This document shows, piece after piece, positions 36,299 through 45,376 of a stretch of 64,000 nt of DNA; position 1 is the first letter of the stretch, and each line of letters opens with the position of its first letter. Made by a program: the position numbers and the translations under genes. Below the pieces are notes generated by a model. It did not search any database and had not been told where the DNA came from. It saw only the letters and a program-made list of their open reading frames with translations. Where the stretch lies: assembly GCA_016291595.1 (NCBI GenBank), contig JAEEXN010000003.1:35308-99307 (forward strand), read 5' to 3'. This stretch comes from Prevotella sp. (GTDB lineage: Bacteria > Bacteroidota > Bacteroidia > Bacteroidales > Bacteroidaceae).

Positions 36299-36712
36299 AT
36301 GGTGAAGCAAATTGAGATTACTTTGAAGCCCGTGCCACGAGGCTTCCATCTGGTGACCAGCCAGATACTGAGCCAGCTGCCGCCGTTGCCCAAAACGGGG
36401 ATCATGAACCTCTTCACGAAGCATACCAGCTGCGGACTGAGCATCAACGAGAACTGTGACCCGGATGTGCGTACCGATATGGAGACCATCTTCAACCGGC
36501 TGGTGCCCGAGAACCTGCCTGAGTACGAGCATACACTCGAGGGTTCCGACGACATGCCTGCTCACGCCAAGTCGACGCTGAGTGGTGTCAGTCTCACCAT
36601 TCCTATTACCGACGGCCGCCTGAATATGGGCACGTGGCAGGGCATCTATCTCTGCGAGTACCGCAGGTATGGGGGGGCCAGAAAACTGGTTGTGACCATT
36701 ATCGGCGAGTAG
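36299..36712 (+). CDS. YjbQ / UPF0047 family protein
   Basis: HTS..L.INEN.DPDV..D, H..EG.DDMPAH.K, MGTWQGIY.CE. Confidence 0.92.
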   Translation: MVKQIEITLKPVPRGFHLVTSQILSQLPPLPKTGIMNLFTKHTSCGLSINENCDPDVRTDMETIFNRLVPENLPEYEHTLEGSDDMPAHAKSTLSGVSLTIPITDGRLNMGTWQGIYLCEYRRYGGARKLVVTIIGE

Positions 36713-36820
36713 CTTGGGGGGATGGGAGTTGATGGGAATGATGGGAGGATTGCGACGTCAACGGCCCATCCATCCTTCGGGCATTCACCCTCCACACCCT
36801 TTTTCAGTAACTTTCCCTTC

Positions 36821-37930
36821 TTACCATCCTTCCGGAAGAATGATGTTCTTGACGTAGTGAGCCTCTTCGAAGAGCGGGGCTATCTGCTGGTCCGTGAAAC
36901 CGGCGATGCCACAGCCGATTCTGGTCACGAGGAACGTCAGTTCGGGGTGCTGTATGGCAAAGGCGATGAACTCTTCCACATACGGCTTGATGGTCTCTAC
37001 ACCGCCCTGCATCGTGGGAATGGCATAGCTCTGACCCTGCAGCCCGACACCTTGCCCCATAACGGCGCCGAACTTCCTGTACGCCACATAGGCAGCGCCT
37101 CCACCATGCATTCCGCGCAGGTTGCTGCCAAAAACGAAAATCTCTCCTGGTGCCAGCTCTTGAATAAACTCTGGCGTCGTTCTTTTCTTTTCCATATCCA
37201 TTTCGTTTTGTTCTTTCTTTTCCACAAAGTCTGAGCCCGTCGTTCCACGTCCCATGTGCACAATACAAGGCTCGGGCATAGAACGAGGCATTGGGGGAAC
37301 TCCTATAGGCATGGCCTCCTCGAGTACGGCGTGCTCCACATCCATCACCTCTGGCATATCGAAATCCAAGTCGAAGTTTTTCTTGAAGTAAGGAACGATA
37401 TAATGCTCTTTCAGCGTGTTATATCTTTGCGATACGGCTGCGGATGTGATACCCATCTGCGCGGCAATCTCCTTGGTCTTGAATCCGTTAACAAGCAGCA
37501 TAATGAGTATCGTTCTCGATTTTCTGTCAAGGCTCAGACTGTCGCAGATTTCCAAAATCAGCTTGTTGAAGTTCAGCCTCAGGTCCTTGCTGGTATCGAA
37601 CGACTTCAGGTATTCCTCGAAGGTCAGGGAGCCGTATTCCCTCTTATACCATTTCAAGGCGTCGAGCACAACAAACCGGAAGCCGTTGATCATCCACGTG
37701 CGGAGCGACACCTCGGGCGAGCGGTCCTCGAGCGGTTTCCAGTCGTGCTCCATCAGGTAGATGGCATACTGGTGGGCCAGCGACATGAAGTCGAGATTCT
37801 CTTTCTTGCTGAGCTCGTATTTCTTGTCGAACAAATGATAGGCGGCGTGACAGTACTCATAGAAGTACTGACGGATGATATGGCTGTCTCCTCTTCTGAA
37901 TCCCGCTATGATTTCCTGGTCGCTGAGCAT
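36821..37930 (-). CDS. ECF-sigma-like protein fused to a C-terminal macrodomain-like (A1S_2505-type) module
   Basis: N-terminal SDQEII, SLRTWM..GFRFVVLDAL (region 2) and GFKTKEIAAQMGITSAAVSQRY (HTH, region 4); C-terminal EIFVFGSN..G.HGGGAA, QSYAIPT, FLVTRIGCGIAG. Confidence 0.8.
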   Translation of the reverse strand: MLSDQEIIAGFRRGDSHIIRQYFYEYCHAAYHLFDKKYELSKKENLDFMSLAHQYAIYLMEHDWKPLEDRSPEVSLRTWMINGFRFVVLDALKWYKREYGSLTFEEYLKSFDTSKDLRLNFNKLILEICDSLSLDRKSRTILIMLLVNGFKTKEIAAQMGITSAAVSQRYNTLKEHYIVPYFKKNFDLDFDMPEVMDVEHAVLEEAMPIGVPPMPRSMPEPCIVHMGRGTTGSDFVEKKEQNEMDMEKKRTTPEFIQELAPGEIFVFGSNLRGMHGGGAAYVAYRKFGAVMGQGVGLQGQSYAIPTMQGGVETIKPYVEEFIAFAIQHPELTFLVTRIGCGIAGFTDQQIAPLFEEAHYVKNIILPEGW

Positions 37931-38055
37931 CGTTTTTTACGTTTTTGTTGCAAAAATAAGAAAAAAATCTCTTTGCGCCTTAATTTTTTTCCATTATCGT
38001 CTTTAAAGCTAATAAAAGGAGTTCATCAACAATTATTTCCTAACTTTAAAATATT

Positions 38056-38688
38056 ATGATTATGAAAAGAGTATTCAATTTGATTATCGTCGACGAGAGC
38101 GGATCAATGTCTGTCATCCGCAAGCAGGCCTTCGCAGGCATGAACGAAACACTTTCCACCGTCAGAACCATGCAAGAGAAGTTTCCCGATACAGAGCAAC
38201 ACGTCACCCTGGTGACCTTCGACAGCGAGCATATGAAGTGGCACTATAACGACGCACTTGCCAAGACGACGCACGACCTCAGCTGGAAGGCCTACAACCC
38301 CTGTGCCGCCACTCCGTTGTACGACGCCATCGGCAAGACTGTCTCGAAACTCAACGCGCAGGTAGCGGAGGGCGACAATGTGCTGGTGACCATCATTACC
38401 GACGGTGAGGAGAATTGCTCGAACGAGTGGACGCAGAAGATGGTGCGCAACCTGATAGAGAAGCTGAAGACGCAGCATTGGACGTTTACACTCATCGGCA
38501 CCGACAACCTCGATGTGGAAGGTATGGCCAAAGGTATGTGTATCGACGAGCACATGGAGTTCTGTCAGGACGAGGAGCACACGAAAGCGATGTTCTGCCG
38601 CGAGCGAAAGGCGCGCGTGAGATACAACAGATGTGTGAATGTGGGAGCGGCTATGCCGACAGGCAGTTTCTTCAAGGACGACGATTAA
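38056..38688 (+). CDS. von Willebrand factor A domain protein
   Basis: MIDAS motif IVDESGSM, TPLYDAIG, IITDGEEN.S. Confidence 0.9.
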   Translation: MIMKRVFNLIIVDESGSMSVIRKQAFAGMNETLSTVRTMQEKFPDTEQHVTLVTFDSEHMKWHYNDALAKTTHDLSWKAYNPCAATPLYDAIGKTVSKLNAQVAEGDNVLVTIITDGEENCSNEWTQKMVRNLIEKLKTQHWTFTLIGTDNLDVEGMAKGMCIDEHMEFCQDEEHTKAMFCRERKARVRYNRCVNVGAAMPTGSFFKDDD

Positions 38689-38735
38689 GCATCTTTGTGC
38701 CGCCTATCTGGCCGGCGAAGACGGGGTAGGGTTGC

Positions 38736-39299
38736 CTACTCTGTTTTCGTCGGTTTGGCTTTTCTGGCAAACTCGAACAACGACAGAGGCAGATGGCAGT
38801 AGCCTGTCGGATTCTTGTCGAGATAGTCCTGATGGTATTCCTCTGCTTGATAGAAGTTTTGCAGAGGCTGCTTCTCCACGGCCAGGGGAACCTCGTATTT
38901 CGCCTGTTCCTCGGCAAATACCTTCTCAATGACGGGCAGGTCAGAGACATCGGTATAGTAGATGCCCGTGCGGTAGCGCGTACCCTCATCGTGTCCCTGT
39001 TTGTTCAGGCTGATGGGGTCGATGGCCTTGAAAAACATCCTGAGCAGGAACTCAAGGCCTACCACGTCGGGCTTGTATCTTACGAGCACGGTCTCGGCAT
39101 AGCCTGTCTCGTCGGTATATACTTCCTTGTAGGTAGGGTTCTCTGTGTGTCCGTTGGCAAAGCCTACTTCCGTCTCAACGACGCCCTCTATCTGCTTGAA
39201 GTAATGCTCTGTACCCCAGAAGCAGCCTCCTGCGAGATAGATCTCCCTCACGTTCTCTCCGGCGCGAAGCCCGTCGGTCAGCAAACTGTCTTGACTCAT
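38736..39299 (-). CDS. msrA: Peptide methionine sulfoxide reductase A
   Basis: AGGCFWG, PTY.EV, Q..D.GT.YRTGIY, AEEYHQ.YL.KNP.GYCH. Confidence 0.95.
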   Translation of the reverse strand: MSQDSLLTDGLRAGENVREIYLAGGCFWGTEHYFKQIEGVVETEVGFANGHTENPTYKEVYTDETGYAETVLVRYKPDVVGLEFLLRMFFKAIDPISLNKQGHDEGTRYRTGIYYTDVSDLPVIEKVFAEEQAKYEVPLAVEKQPLQNFYQAEEYHQDYLDKNPTGYCHLPLSLFEFARKAKPTKTE

Positions 39300-39324
39300 G
39301 ATGATAATGTTTTTTGTTGGTGGG

Positions 39325-40017
39325 TTATACGTTATGGTTTGTTCTTTCTAAACTGTTTATTACTTTCAGGATTTCCTCCGCCCGGCTTACTATGAAGGTC
39401 GCCCCGGCACGCTCGAGCTCTTCTCTCGTCCCGTTGCCCCACGTCACGCCGCAAGTCCTCACACCGGCATTCACGCCCATCAGGATGTCGACGTTCATGT
39501 CGCCAACGACAAGCGTCTCCTCGGCGCGGAAACCAAGTGTGGTAAGAGTTTTCAACACAGGCTCCGGCTGGGGCTTGGCTTCTTTCACTTCCTGTACGCC
39601 GATGATCAGTGAGAACAGCCCGCTCAGCTCCATCCGGTTGAGCAGGTCGCTCAGCGACTCGCTGGTGCGCGAGGAGGCGATAGATAGAGTCTTACCGCTC
39701 TCTTTCAGCTTTGTCAGCATTTCCCTGACGTGCGGAAAGGGCAGGGGAGTAATCATATTCAAATTCCCGGCAAACAACCGCCGGTGAGTATCAGCACATT
39801 CGTCCAGCTCTTCTTTCGTCAGCTGGGGAAACATCTGCTTGTAGCAGTTTCGCAGAGGCAGTCCGATGGTGGATGCGCAGGTTTTCTCGTCTTGAACCGT
39901 CAGATGCAACTCGCGCATCACATTCTGCATGGTCACCACGATATTGCGCTGTGTGTCACCAAGCGTTCCGTCGAAGTCGAAGATGATGAGCCGGATGCTC
40001 GTAAGGTGCTGTGTCAT
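39325..40017 (-). CDS. HAD-family phosphatase (Gph/PpaX-like)
   Basis: FDFDGTL.D, ASS, KPQPE, VGD...DI. Confidence 0.9.
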   Translation of the reverse strand: MTQHLTSIRLIIFDFDGTLGDTQRNIVVTMQNVMRELHLTVQDEKTCASTIGLPLRNCYKQMFPQLTKEELDECADTHRRLFAGNLNMITPLPFPHVREMLTKLKESGKTLSIASSRTSESLSDLLNRMELSGLFSLIIGVQEVKEAKPQPEPVLKTLTTLGFRAEETLVVGDMNVDILMGVNAGVRTCGVTWGNGTREELERAGATFIVSRAEEILKVINSLERTNHNV

Positions 40018-40135
40018 AGGGTCGGTTATAACCTAAAAAACGTTTAAAACTCAGACAAAAGTACAGAATATTTTTGGATATTCGCTATATTTGCACATGA
40101 TATTACAAAACTTTATGAATTGAGTCGTTTTGAAT

Positions 40136-40846
40136 ATGGAGATACAAGAGTTCATTCAGAATTACCAAAAGGCATTTGGCGGTAAGGCACCGTTGCCTTT
40201 GTTGTTTGGCTATAGCGACGAGCCGGTTGCCGACCCGCAAAAGGTTGGCGGCTGTTTCTTCAAGAGGCTGCTGGACGCCAGAGAGGGCGAGCCTGTCAGT
40301 TTGAGTGCTGAGACCATCGGATGCGGGGGTGGTAAATTGTATACAGGCTTTTCCGATATGCCCGAACGGGTTCCGGGTTTCGTGTCGTTGAAGGAGAAAT
40401 ACAAGAAGACGCCTGAGATGGTGGCTGACTATGTTCAGTCGCTGGGAATGGAGATGGCAGAGAAGCCGTATCTGAATTTTGTCAGAATAGACAAGGCCGA
40501 CTCTTTCGACGGTACAGAGGGCGTCATGTTCTATGCCACTCCTGACATGTTGTCAGGATTGTGCGGATGGGCTTTTTACGACAGCAACGAGCCCGATGCT
40601 GTGGTGTCGCTGTTTGGCTCCGGCTGCAGCACGGTTGTGTCGATGACTGTCGTGGAGAATGCCCGACAAGGACACCGTTGCTTTCTGGGCCTGTTCGACC
40701 CTTCTGTTCGACCGTGGGTGGGAAAGAACGAACTGGGCTTTACTATTCCATTCAGTCGTTTTGTCCCGATGACGCAAACTATGAAAAACTGTTTCCTGTT
40801 CGGCTCACACGCGTGGGAGAAAATGAAGAAAAGACTTGAAGAATGA
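40136..40846 (+). CDS. DUF169-like protein
   Basis: GCFF..L, C.GG..Y.GF, PD.LSGL, FGSGC..., LGLFD...R. Confidence 0.7.
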   Translation: MEIQEFIQNYQKAFGGKAPLPLLFGYSDEPVADPQKVGGCFFKRLLDAREGEPVSLSAETIGCGGGKLYTGFSDMPERVPGFVSLKEKYKKTPEMVADYVQSLGMEMAEKPYLNFVRIDKADSFDGTEGVMFYATPDMLSGLCGWAFYDSNEPDAVVSLFGSGCSTVVSMTVVENARQGHRCFLGLFDPSVRPWVGKNELGFTIPFSRFVPMTQTMKNCFLFGSHAWEKMKKRLEE

Positions 40847-41184
40847 CGCTGCCCAAGTTTATTGTCACTATCGAAAAGCCACGTGACGGCAAACCCTTTC
40901 CTGATGTAGGCTATTTGCGTCTAGGTATGGTTAACCAGCATAAGGACCTGTTACAGCCTGGCGAAGAGTGTATCGGCGGGGGCTACTATCATTTCGACTA
41001 CACCTCCAACCGTATTCTGCTCGACCGCTCCTCCTATGATTTCGGCCGTCCGAAATGGCATCTGATAGAGGAGTTGAGGATTCCTTCTGTTTACAGGGGT
41101 ATGCGCCTGGTCTATCAGTATGATGACCGTTTCCACGACGACCTGATGGTGAGCGACGAACTGACCATTGCGTATTACGACTGA
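40843..41184 (+). CDS. Hypothetical protein
   Basis: ATGA overlap with the upstream gene; H..L, GGGYY, SYDFG. Confidence 0.7.
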   Translation: MTLPKFIVTIEKPRDGKPFPDVGYLRLGMVNQHKDLLQPGEECIGGGYYHFDYTSNRILLDRSSYDFGRPKWHLIEELRIPSVYRGMRLVYQYDDRFHDDLMVSDELTIAYYD

Positions 41185-41190
41185 CACAGT

Positions 41191-41313
41191 ATCGGATGCC
41201 TCCGTCGTAATTCAGTAACAAATGTTGCCTTTTTGACTCAGAATAGGATGATTTTCTTATTCAGAATCGGATGCTGCCTTTTTAACTCAGAATCGGATGC
41301 TGCCGTCGTAATT
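41191..41313. repeat. Multiple partial copies of the GH105 gene 3' end
   Basis: TCAGAATCGGATGCTGCC at 41261 and 41287; 22-mer at 41191 vs 41292 (20/22); TGCCTTTTTRACTCAGAAT at 41226 and 41275. Confidence 0.8.
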
Positions 41314-42684
41314 GAAAATAGGCTTGTCGGTCGGAACCTCCTCATCGTAGAACATCACGGCGCTATCGTTCAATTTGGGATGCTGACGTTTCAGTAGGTG
41401 AATCATCTCGGCACCTGCCCATATGACGGGTCCGTAACCATGAGCCGCCATAACGTGTACTGGTCGGTAGGCATAGAATCCGGCCTCGAAGCCCATCCCT
41501 GTCCCCACACATACATTCTCCACCTGTCCGCGCTCGTTGACGGCAGAATCTATCGCATGCCAACCTTGCAATACGACGGGACCGTAGGCTTTGGCGTCTA
41601 TCCATCCTTTGTTGATGGCGTGAGCGAAACAGTAGGTATAGATGGCTGTTGCAGACGTTTCCAGATAGGTTTCGGGACGGTCCAGCAGCTGATGCCAGAA
41701 CCCGTCGTGATGCTGAAGTGCCGCCAGTCCGCTTACATGTGCCCTCAGCAGGTTCATGATGTCGGTACGTCTGGGATGGTCGGCGGGCAGGACATCGAGC
41801 ACCTCACACATGGTGAGTATCGCCCATCCGTTGGCTCTTCCCCAATGAAAAGCGGGATGCGGGTTCATGTCTTCCACCCATCCGTGACGGAACAGTTTTT
41901 TCTCGGGCACGAACATGCGGTCGGCAAATTGTAACACTTGCTTTGCGGCCTCGTCGAAATAGCGTTGCTCACCTGTGTATTTTCCCATATAGGCGATGGC
42001 CGGAATGCCCATGAACATATCGTCGAGCCACACCGTGTTCTTATGAGGGCGCAGACGGGCAAAAGTGCCATCAGCAAGCCGGTATTCCTTGTTCATGATG
42101 TAGTCGATATAATTGCCGATGACTCCGTCGAGTGGGAGGGCGTTCTCGCTGACGCGCGCCTTGATCATGGATGCGCAGACGGCACCCGCATCATCGAGAG
42201 CATGAGGGTCTACCACGCGGCGCATGTTGCCGTCAATCTTCTTTCCTTTCTGGTAGAGGGCCTTGAATGCAGGAGCTGCTTCAGCTAGGAGTCTCATACG
42301 GCTGTCGACATAGTCTTTGTAACTTTTGTCGCCTGTCGCCTCGTAAGCGGCCAGAACTCCGGAGTAGGTTACGCCCCATTCGTAGCTGGTCAGCCTGAAC
42401 CCTCCTTGTTTCAGTTGCGTGTCTTCGTTGATGTCTTTTTTCTGTCTTACCTCACGTCCTGTCTTGCTGTCAATAAGCACGGCTGGGGTCTCCTCCGTGA
42501 TGTAGTTGAGCACACGTTTTATGGTCTGTTCTACGTTCATGACTGTTGGAACGCCATACTCCAGTTTGTAGTCTGGTTTCATCAGATGGAGTGGCGTGTT
42601 ACTATCGTTGATGTGCTGGGCACGCAAGCCGGCCGTAAATGCCATCAGCATGACAATGGTGCCAAAGAGTCTGGGATGCTTCAT
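41287..42684 (-). CDS. Unsaturated rhamnogalacturonyl hydrolase, GH105
   Basis: YEWGV, LDD.G, WLDDMFM, HGW, WGRANGW, LQ...GFWHQLLD, ETSATA. Confidence 0.9.
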   Translation of the reverse strand: MKHPRLFGTIVMLMAFTAGLRAQHINDSNTPLHLMKPDYKLEYGVPTVMNVEQTIKRVLNYITEETPAVLIDSKTGREVRQKKDINEDTQLKQGGFRLTSYEWGVTYSGVLAAYEATGDKSYKDYVDSRMRLLAEAAPAFKALYQKGKKIDGNMRRVVDPHALDDAGAVCASMIKARVSENALPLDGVIGNYIDYIMNKEYRLADGTFARLRPHKNTVWLDDMFMGIPAIAYMGKYTGEQRYFDEAAKQVLQFADRMFVPEKKLFRHGWVEDMNPHPAFHWGRANGWAILTMCEVLDVLPADHPRRTDIMNLLRAHVSGLAALQHHDGFWHQLLDRPETYLETSATAIYTYCFAHAINKGWIDAKAYGPVVLQGWHAIDSAVNERGQVENVCVGTGMGFEAGFYAYRPVHVMAAHGYGPVIWAGAEMIHLLKRQHPKLNDSAVMFYDEEVPTDKPIFNYDGSIRF

Positions 42685-42715
42685 ATTGCTATTTGTCGTT
42701 ATGATTCTTATCGTG

Positions 42716-44773
42716 CTATTTCAGGAAAGGGTTCACAGTCTTGTCGGGACCTAAATAGAATCCTGTCTGTGTGGGCTGATTGTATGCCGTGTTCTGTGCG
42801 GCTACGCTCAGGCGGTATGGGATGTCCTCTTCTAGACAGTTGATACGGTATTCGGTGGGTGTGGTAGTAACATACAGGCGCAGCTCACTACTCTCACGGT
42901 TACGTGTGAGTACTTCCTCGCGCCAGTCGCCAATGATGTCGGCACAAAGGTTGGGATTCGACTTGGAGCCATTGTTGAATTGGGCGTCTCTGAACCGCTG
43001 TACCATTTGCATACGTCCTGTGTTCCAGTCGTATTTGCTGACGGCACCGTTGTCGAGCATCTCGCGCAGCAGGTCGCCGTCCCACCAGATGCCAAAGTTG
43101 GTCGGTATGCGGGCACCTCGTATGCGCAGGGCATTGTTGTCGCCGTCATCCTCACTATTGTCTCTAATGTCTTTCGGCGTCACAATGCTACCCTTGATGC
43201 TGCGTATGCCGCCACTCTCGCTGCTCCACATCTCCAGTCCTGGGTTCGTGGGGTCGATGTCGGCAGCCATACAGCGTCCTACATCCTCATTGCTCTTGAT
43301 TTGGAAGATTACCTTGCCTGTGCGAGCATCGCGGAAATCACTTCCGTCGCGTCGATTCTCATGACAGTCCCATACCTGCAGGGCGTCGCTGGTGGGGTCA
43401 AAGACTGTCAGGTGAATGGCGTCACCGTGACCAAACCCTGTGTTGTAGAGTCCCGTTCCGTCGTTGTCGACAGCCATAGCTCCGTAAGTAATCTCGTCGC
43501 AGCCGTCACCGTCCACGTCGGCGATGCGCAGGTTATGGTTGCCTTGTCCGGCATAACTGGCCCATTGTGGAATGTTGCTGTCGAATATCCAGCGGTTCTT
43601 CAACTGCCGTCCATCCCAGTCCCAAGCTGCTATGACGGTGCGGGTGTAGTATCCACGGCAGAAGATACCACTTGCATGCATTCCGTCCAGATAGGCTACT
43701 CCAGCCAGATAGCGCTCAGAACGGTTGGCGTGGTCATCGCCCCAGTCGCTCACATTTCCCCGCTCAGGAACGTATTCGGCGGTAGCCATAGCAGCACCTG
43801 TCAGACCGTTGAATACTGTGATATATTCCGGTCCGTCCATGATGCGGCCTGTCTTGTTGTCACCGTGCACTTCTGTATTTAGGAACCGTCGTCTGGCATT
43901 GTGAATCTCTGTCTTGGTCATCGTCGAAGGCAGATTCTTCTCTTTTTCCTGCCACTCTCTACGTCTCCGCATGGCGTCCTCGCGCTCTTCTTGTAGTTTT
44001 CTTTTGTAAGCCTCAGGGTCTGCATTAATGGCGGCAATGCCGTAACGCCAGTCTGCATCCTTGTCGCCAATTACTTTGCCTTGTCCGTCCGTGGTGCCGT
44101 CGGCCGTCTTCACCATCATCTCGGCGCGGCCGTCCCCATCGAAGTCGTACACCATGAACTGTGTGAAGTGGGCTCCCGTTCTTATGTTACGCCCCAGGTC
44201 GATGCGCCACAACTGTGTACCGTCCAGCCTATAACAGTCGATGTAGGCGTTGCCCGTAAACCCGGCGAACATATTGTCTTTGGCGTTTGAGGGCTCCCAT
44301 TTCAGGAATATCTCGTACTGGCCGTCACCATCGACATCGCCGATGCTTGCGTCGTTAGCATGATATGTATAGTGCTGTCCGTCGGGCGAGATTCCACCTT
44401 CGGGCTTGTTCACGGGGATGGGCAGATAGCCCTCAGGAGCGTTAGCCTTGAGTGTATAGTTTCCGTTCTTACCGCCACCACGCACCTCATAGGTCGCGTC
44501 CGTATTCAGGGGTTGCTCGTCGATGAAGAAGGTGCCACTCTTCGCCAATGGCTTTTTGTTGAGTTTCACCCCATTACGGAAAATGTCGAAACGCTCGCCG
44601 GTCTTGTCGGATGTCAGCGTTCGCCAACTTACCATTACCCGCTCTCCATCGCGGATGGCCACCACGCCCCGGTTCAGATTCTCTCGTTTTATTTTATTCA
44701 TGTCATAACGGGGTTGCCCGTGACAAACGAACGACACAAGTAGGACTGTTAAGATTAGAATAGTTTTTTTCAT
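42716..44773 (-). CDS. Rhamnogalacturonan lyase, PL11 (YesW-like)
   Basis: ENLNRGVVA, ANDASIGDVDGDG.YE, IDLGRNIR.GAH.TQF.VYDFDGDG, RGYYTR, GQGNH, HGDA.H, YNQP. Confidence 0.93.
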   Translation of the reverse strand: MKKTILILTVLLVSFVCHGQPRYDMNKIKRENLNRGVVAIRDGERVMVSWRTLTSDKTGERFDIFRNGVKLNKKPLAKSGTFFIDEQPLNTDATYEVRGGGKNGNYTLKANAPEGYLPIPVNKPEGGISPDGQHYTYHANDASIGDVDGDGQYEIFLKWEPSNAKDNMFAGFTGNAYIDCYRLDGTQLWRIDLGRNIRTGAHFTQFMVYDFDGDGRAEMMVKTADGTTDGQGKVIGDKDADWRYGIAAINADPEAYKRKLQEEREDAMRRRREWQEKEKNLPSTMTKTEIHNARRRFLNTEVHGDNKTGRIMDGPEYITVFNGLTGAAMATAEYVPERGNVSDWGDDHANRSERYLAGVAYLDGMHASGIFCRGYYTRTVIAAWDWDGRQLKNRWIFDSNIPQWASYAGQGNHNLRIADVDGDGCDEITYGAMAVDNDGTGLYNTGFGHGDAIHLTVFDPTSDALQVWDCHENRRDGSDFRDARTGKVIFQIKSNEDVGRCMAADIDPTNPGLEMWSSESGGIRSIKGSIVTPKDIRDNSEDDGDNNALRIRGARIPTNFGIWWDGDLLREMLDNGAVSKYDWNTGRMQMVQRFRDAQFNNGSKSNPNLCADIIGDWREEVLTRNRESSELRLYVTTTPTEYRINCLEEDIPYRLSVAAQNTAYNQPTQTGFYLGPDKTVNPFLK

Positions 44774-44998
44774 AAGTGGTTTGTTTTATGTGTTTTCTTG
44801 TTTTTCAACCATGTTGCAAATATAGTAATTTGTTTCTTTTTTCAAGTATTTATTTGCCACTTTTATAGGCGGTAAATGTCAAAATGACAAAAATGAAAGC
44901 AGAAATCACATTTTTTGTAGTTTCGAAATCCTAGCACTCCGTCTTTTCGTGCCAGTTGAGCGCATTATATTCTATGTCTTGTGTTGGTAATGACGCAA

Positions 44999-45029
44999 AC
45001 AAGGGGGATAACTTCTGTTTCCCCCTTGT
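44999..45029. terminator. Hairpin downstream of the Zn-ribbon gene
   Basis: ACAAGGGGGA...TCCCCCTTGT stem. Confidence 0.6.
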
Positions 45030-45056
45030 CTATATCCATAATAGCCGTAACCCAGC

Positions 45057-45350
45057 CTATGTCCAAAACTCTTTCTCTCCAGTCTTCTCCATCGTGCCGT
45101 AACAACGAGGACACGTTTTCTTGTCCCATATCTTGATTTTGTCGCTGCCGCATTGCAGGCAAAGCCTTCCAACCTCACTACTGAAAGATGGAGCTACATC
45201 ACCAATGATTCCGCCTACAACAAGATTCTGGATGCTCTTGCAATCAGGACAGCTCACGCTGACAATCTGCTGCCTAAATAGGCCGCGTCCTTCATAGTCG
45301 GAAGCCTCGTAACCGCATTGTGTGCAACGATATTTTATTTTCCAAGACAT
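45057..45350 (-). CDS. Small double Zn-ribbon-like protein with four CxxC motifs
   Basis: CTQC, CPDC, CLQC, CPRC; last gene of a co-oriented run. Confidence 0.75.
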   Translation of the reverse strand: MSWKIKYRCTQCGYEASDYEGRGLFRQQIVSVSCPDCKSIQNLVVGGIIGDVAPSFSSEVGRLCLQCGSDKIKIWDKKTCPRCYGTMEKTGEKEFWT

Positions 45351-45376
45351 GAGAGAGTTAGTTGTAGAATGATTTG

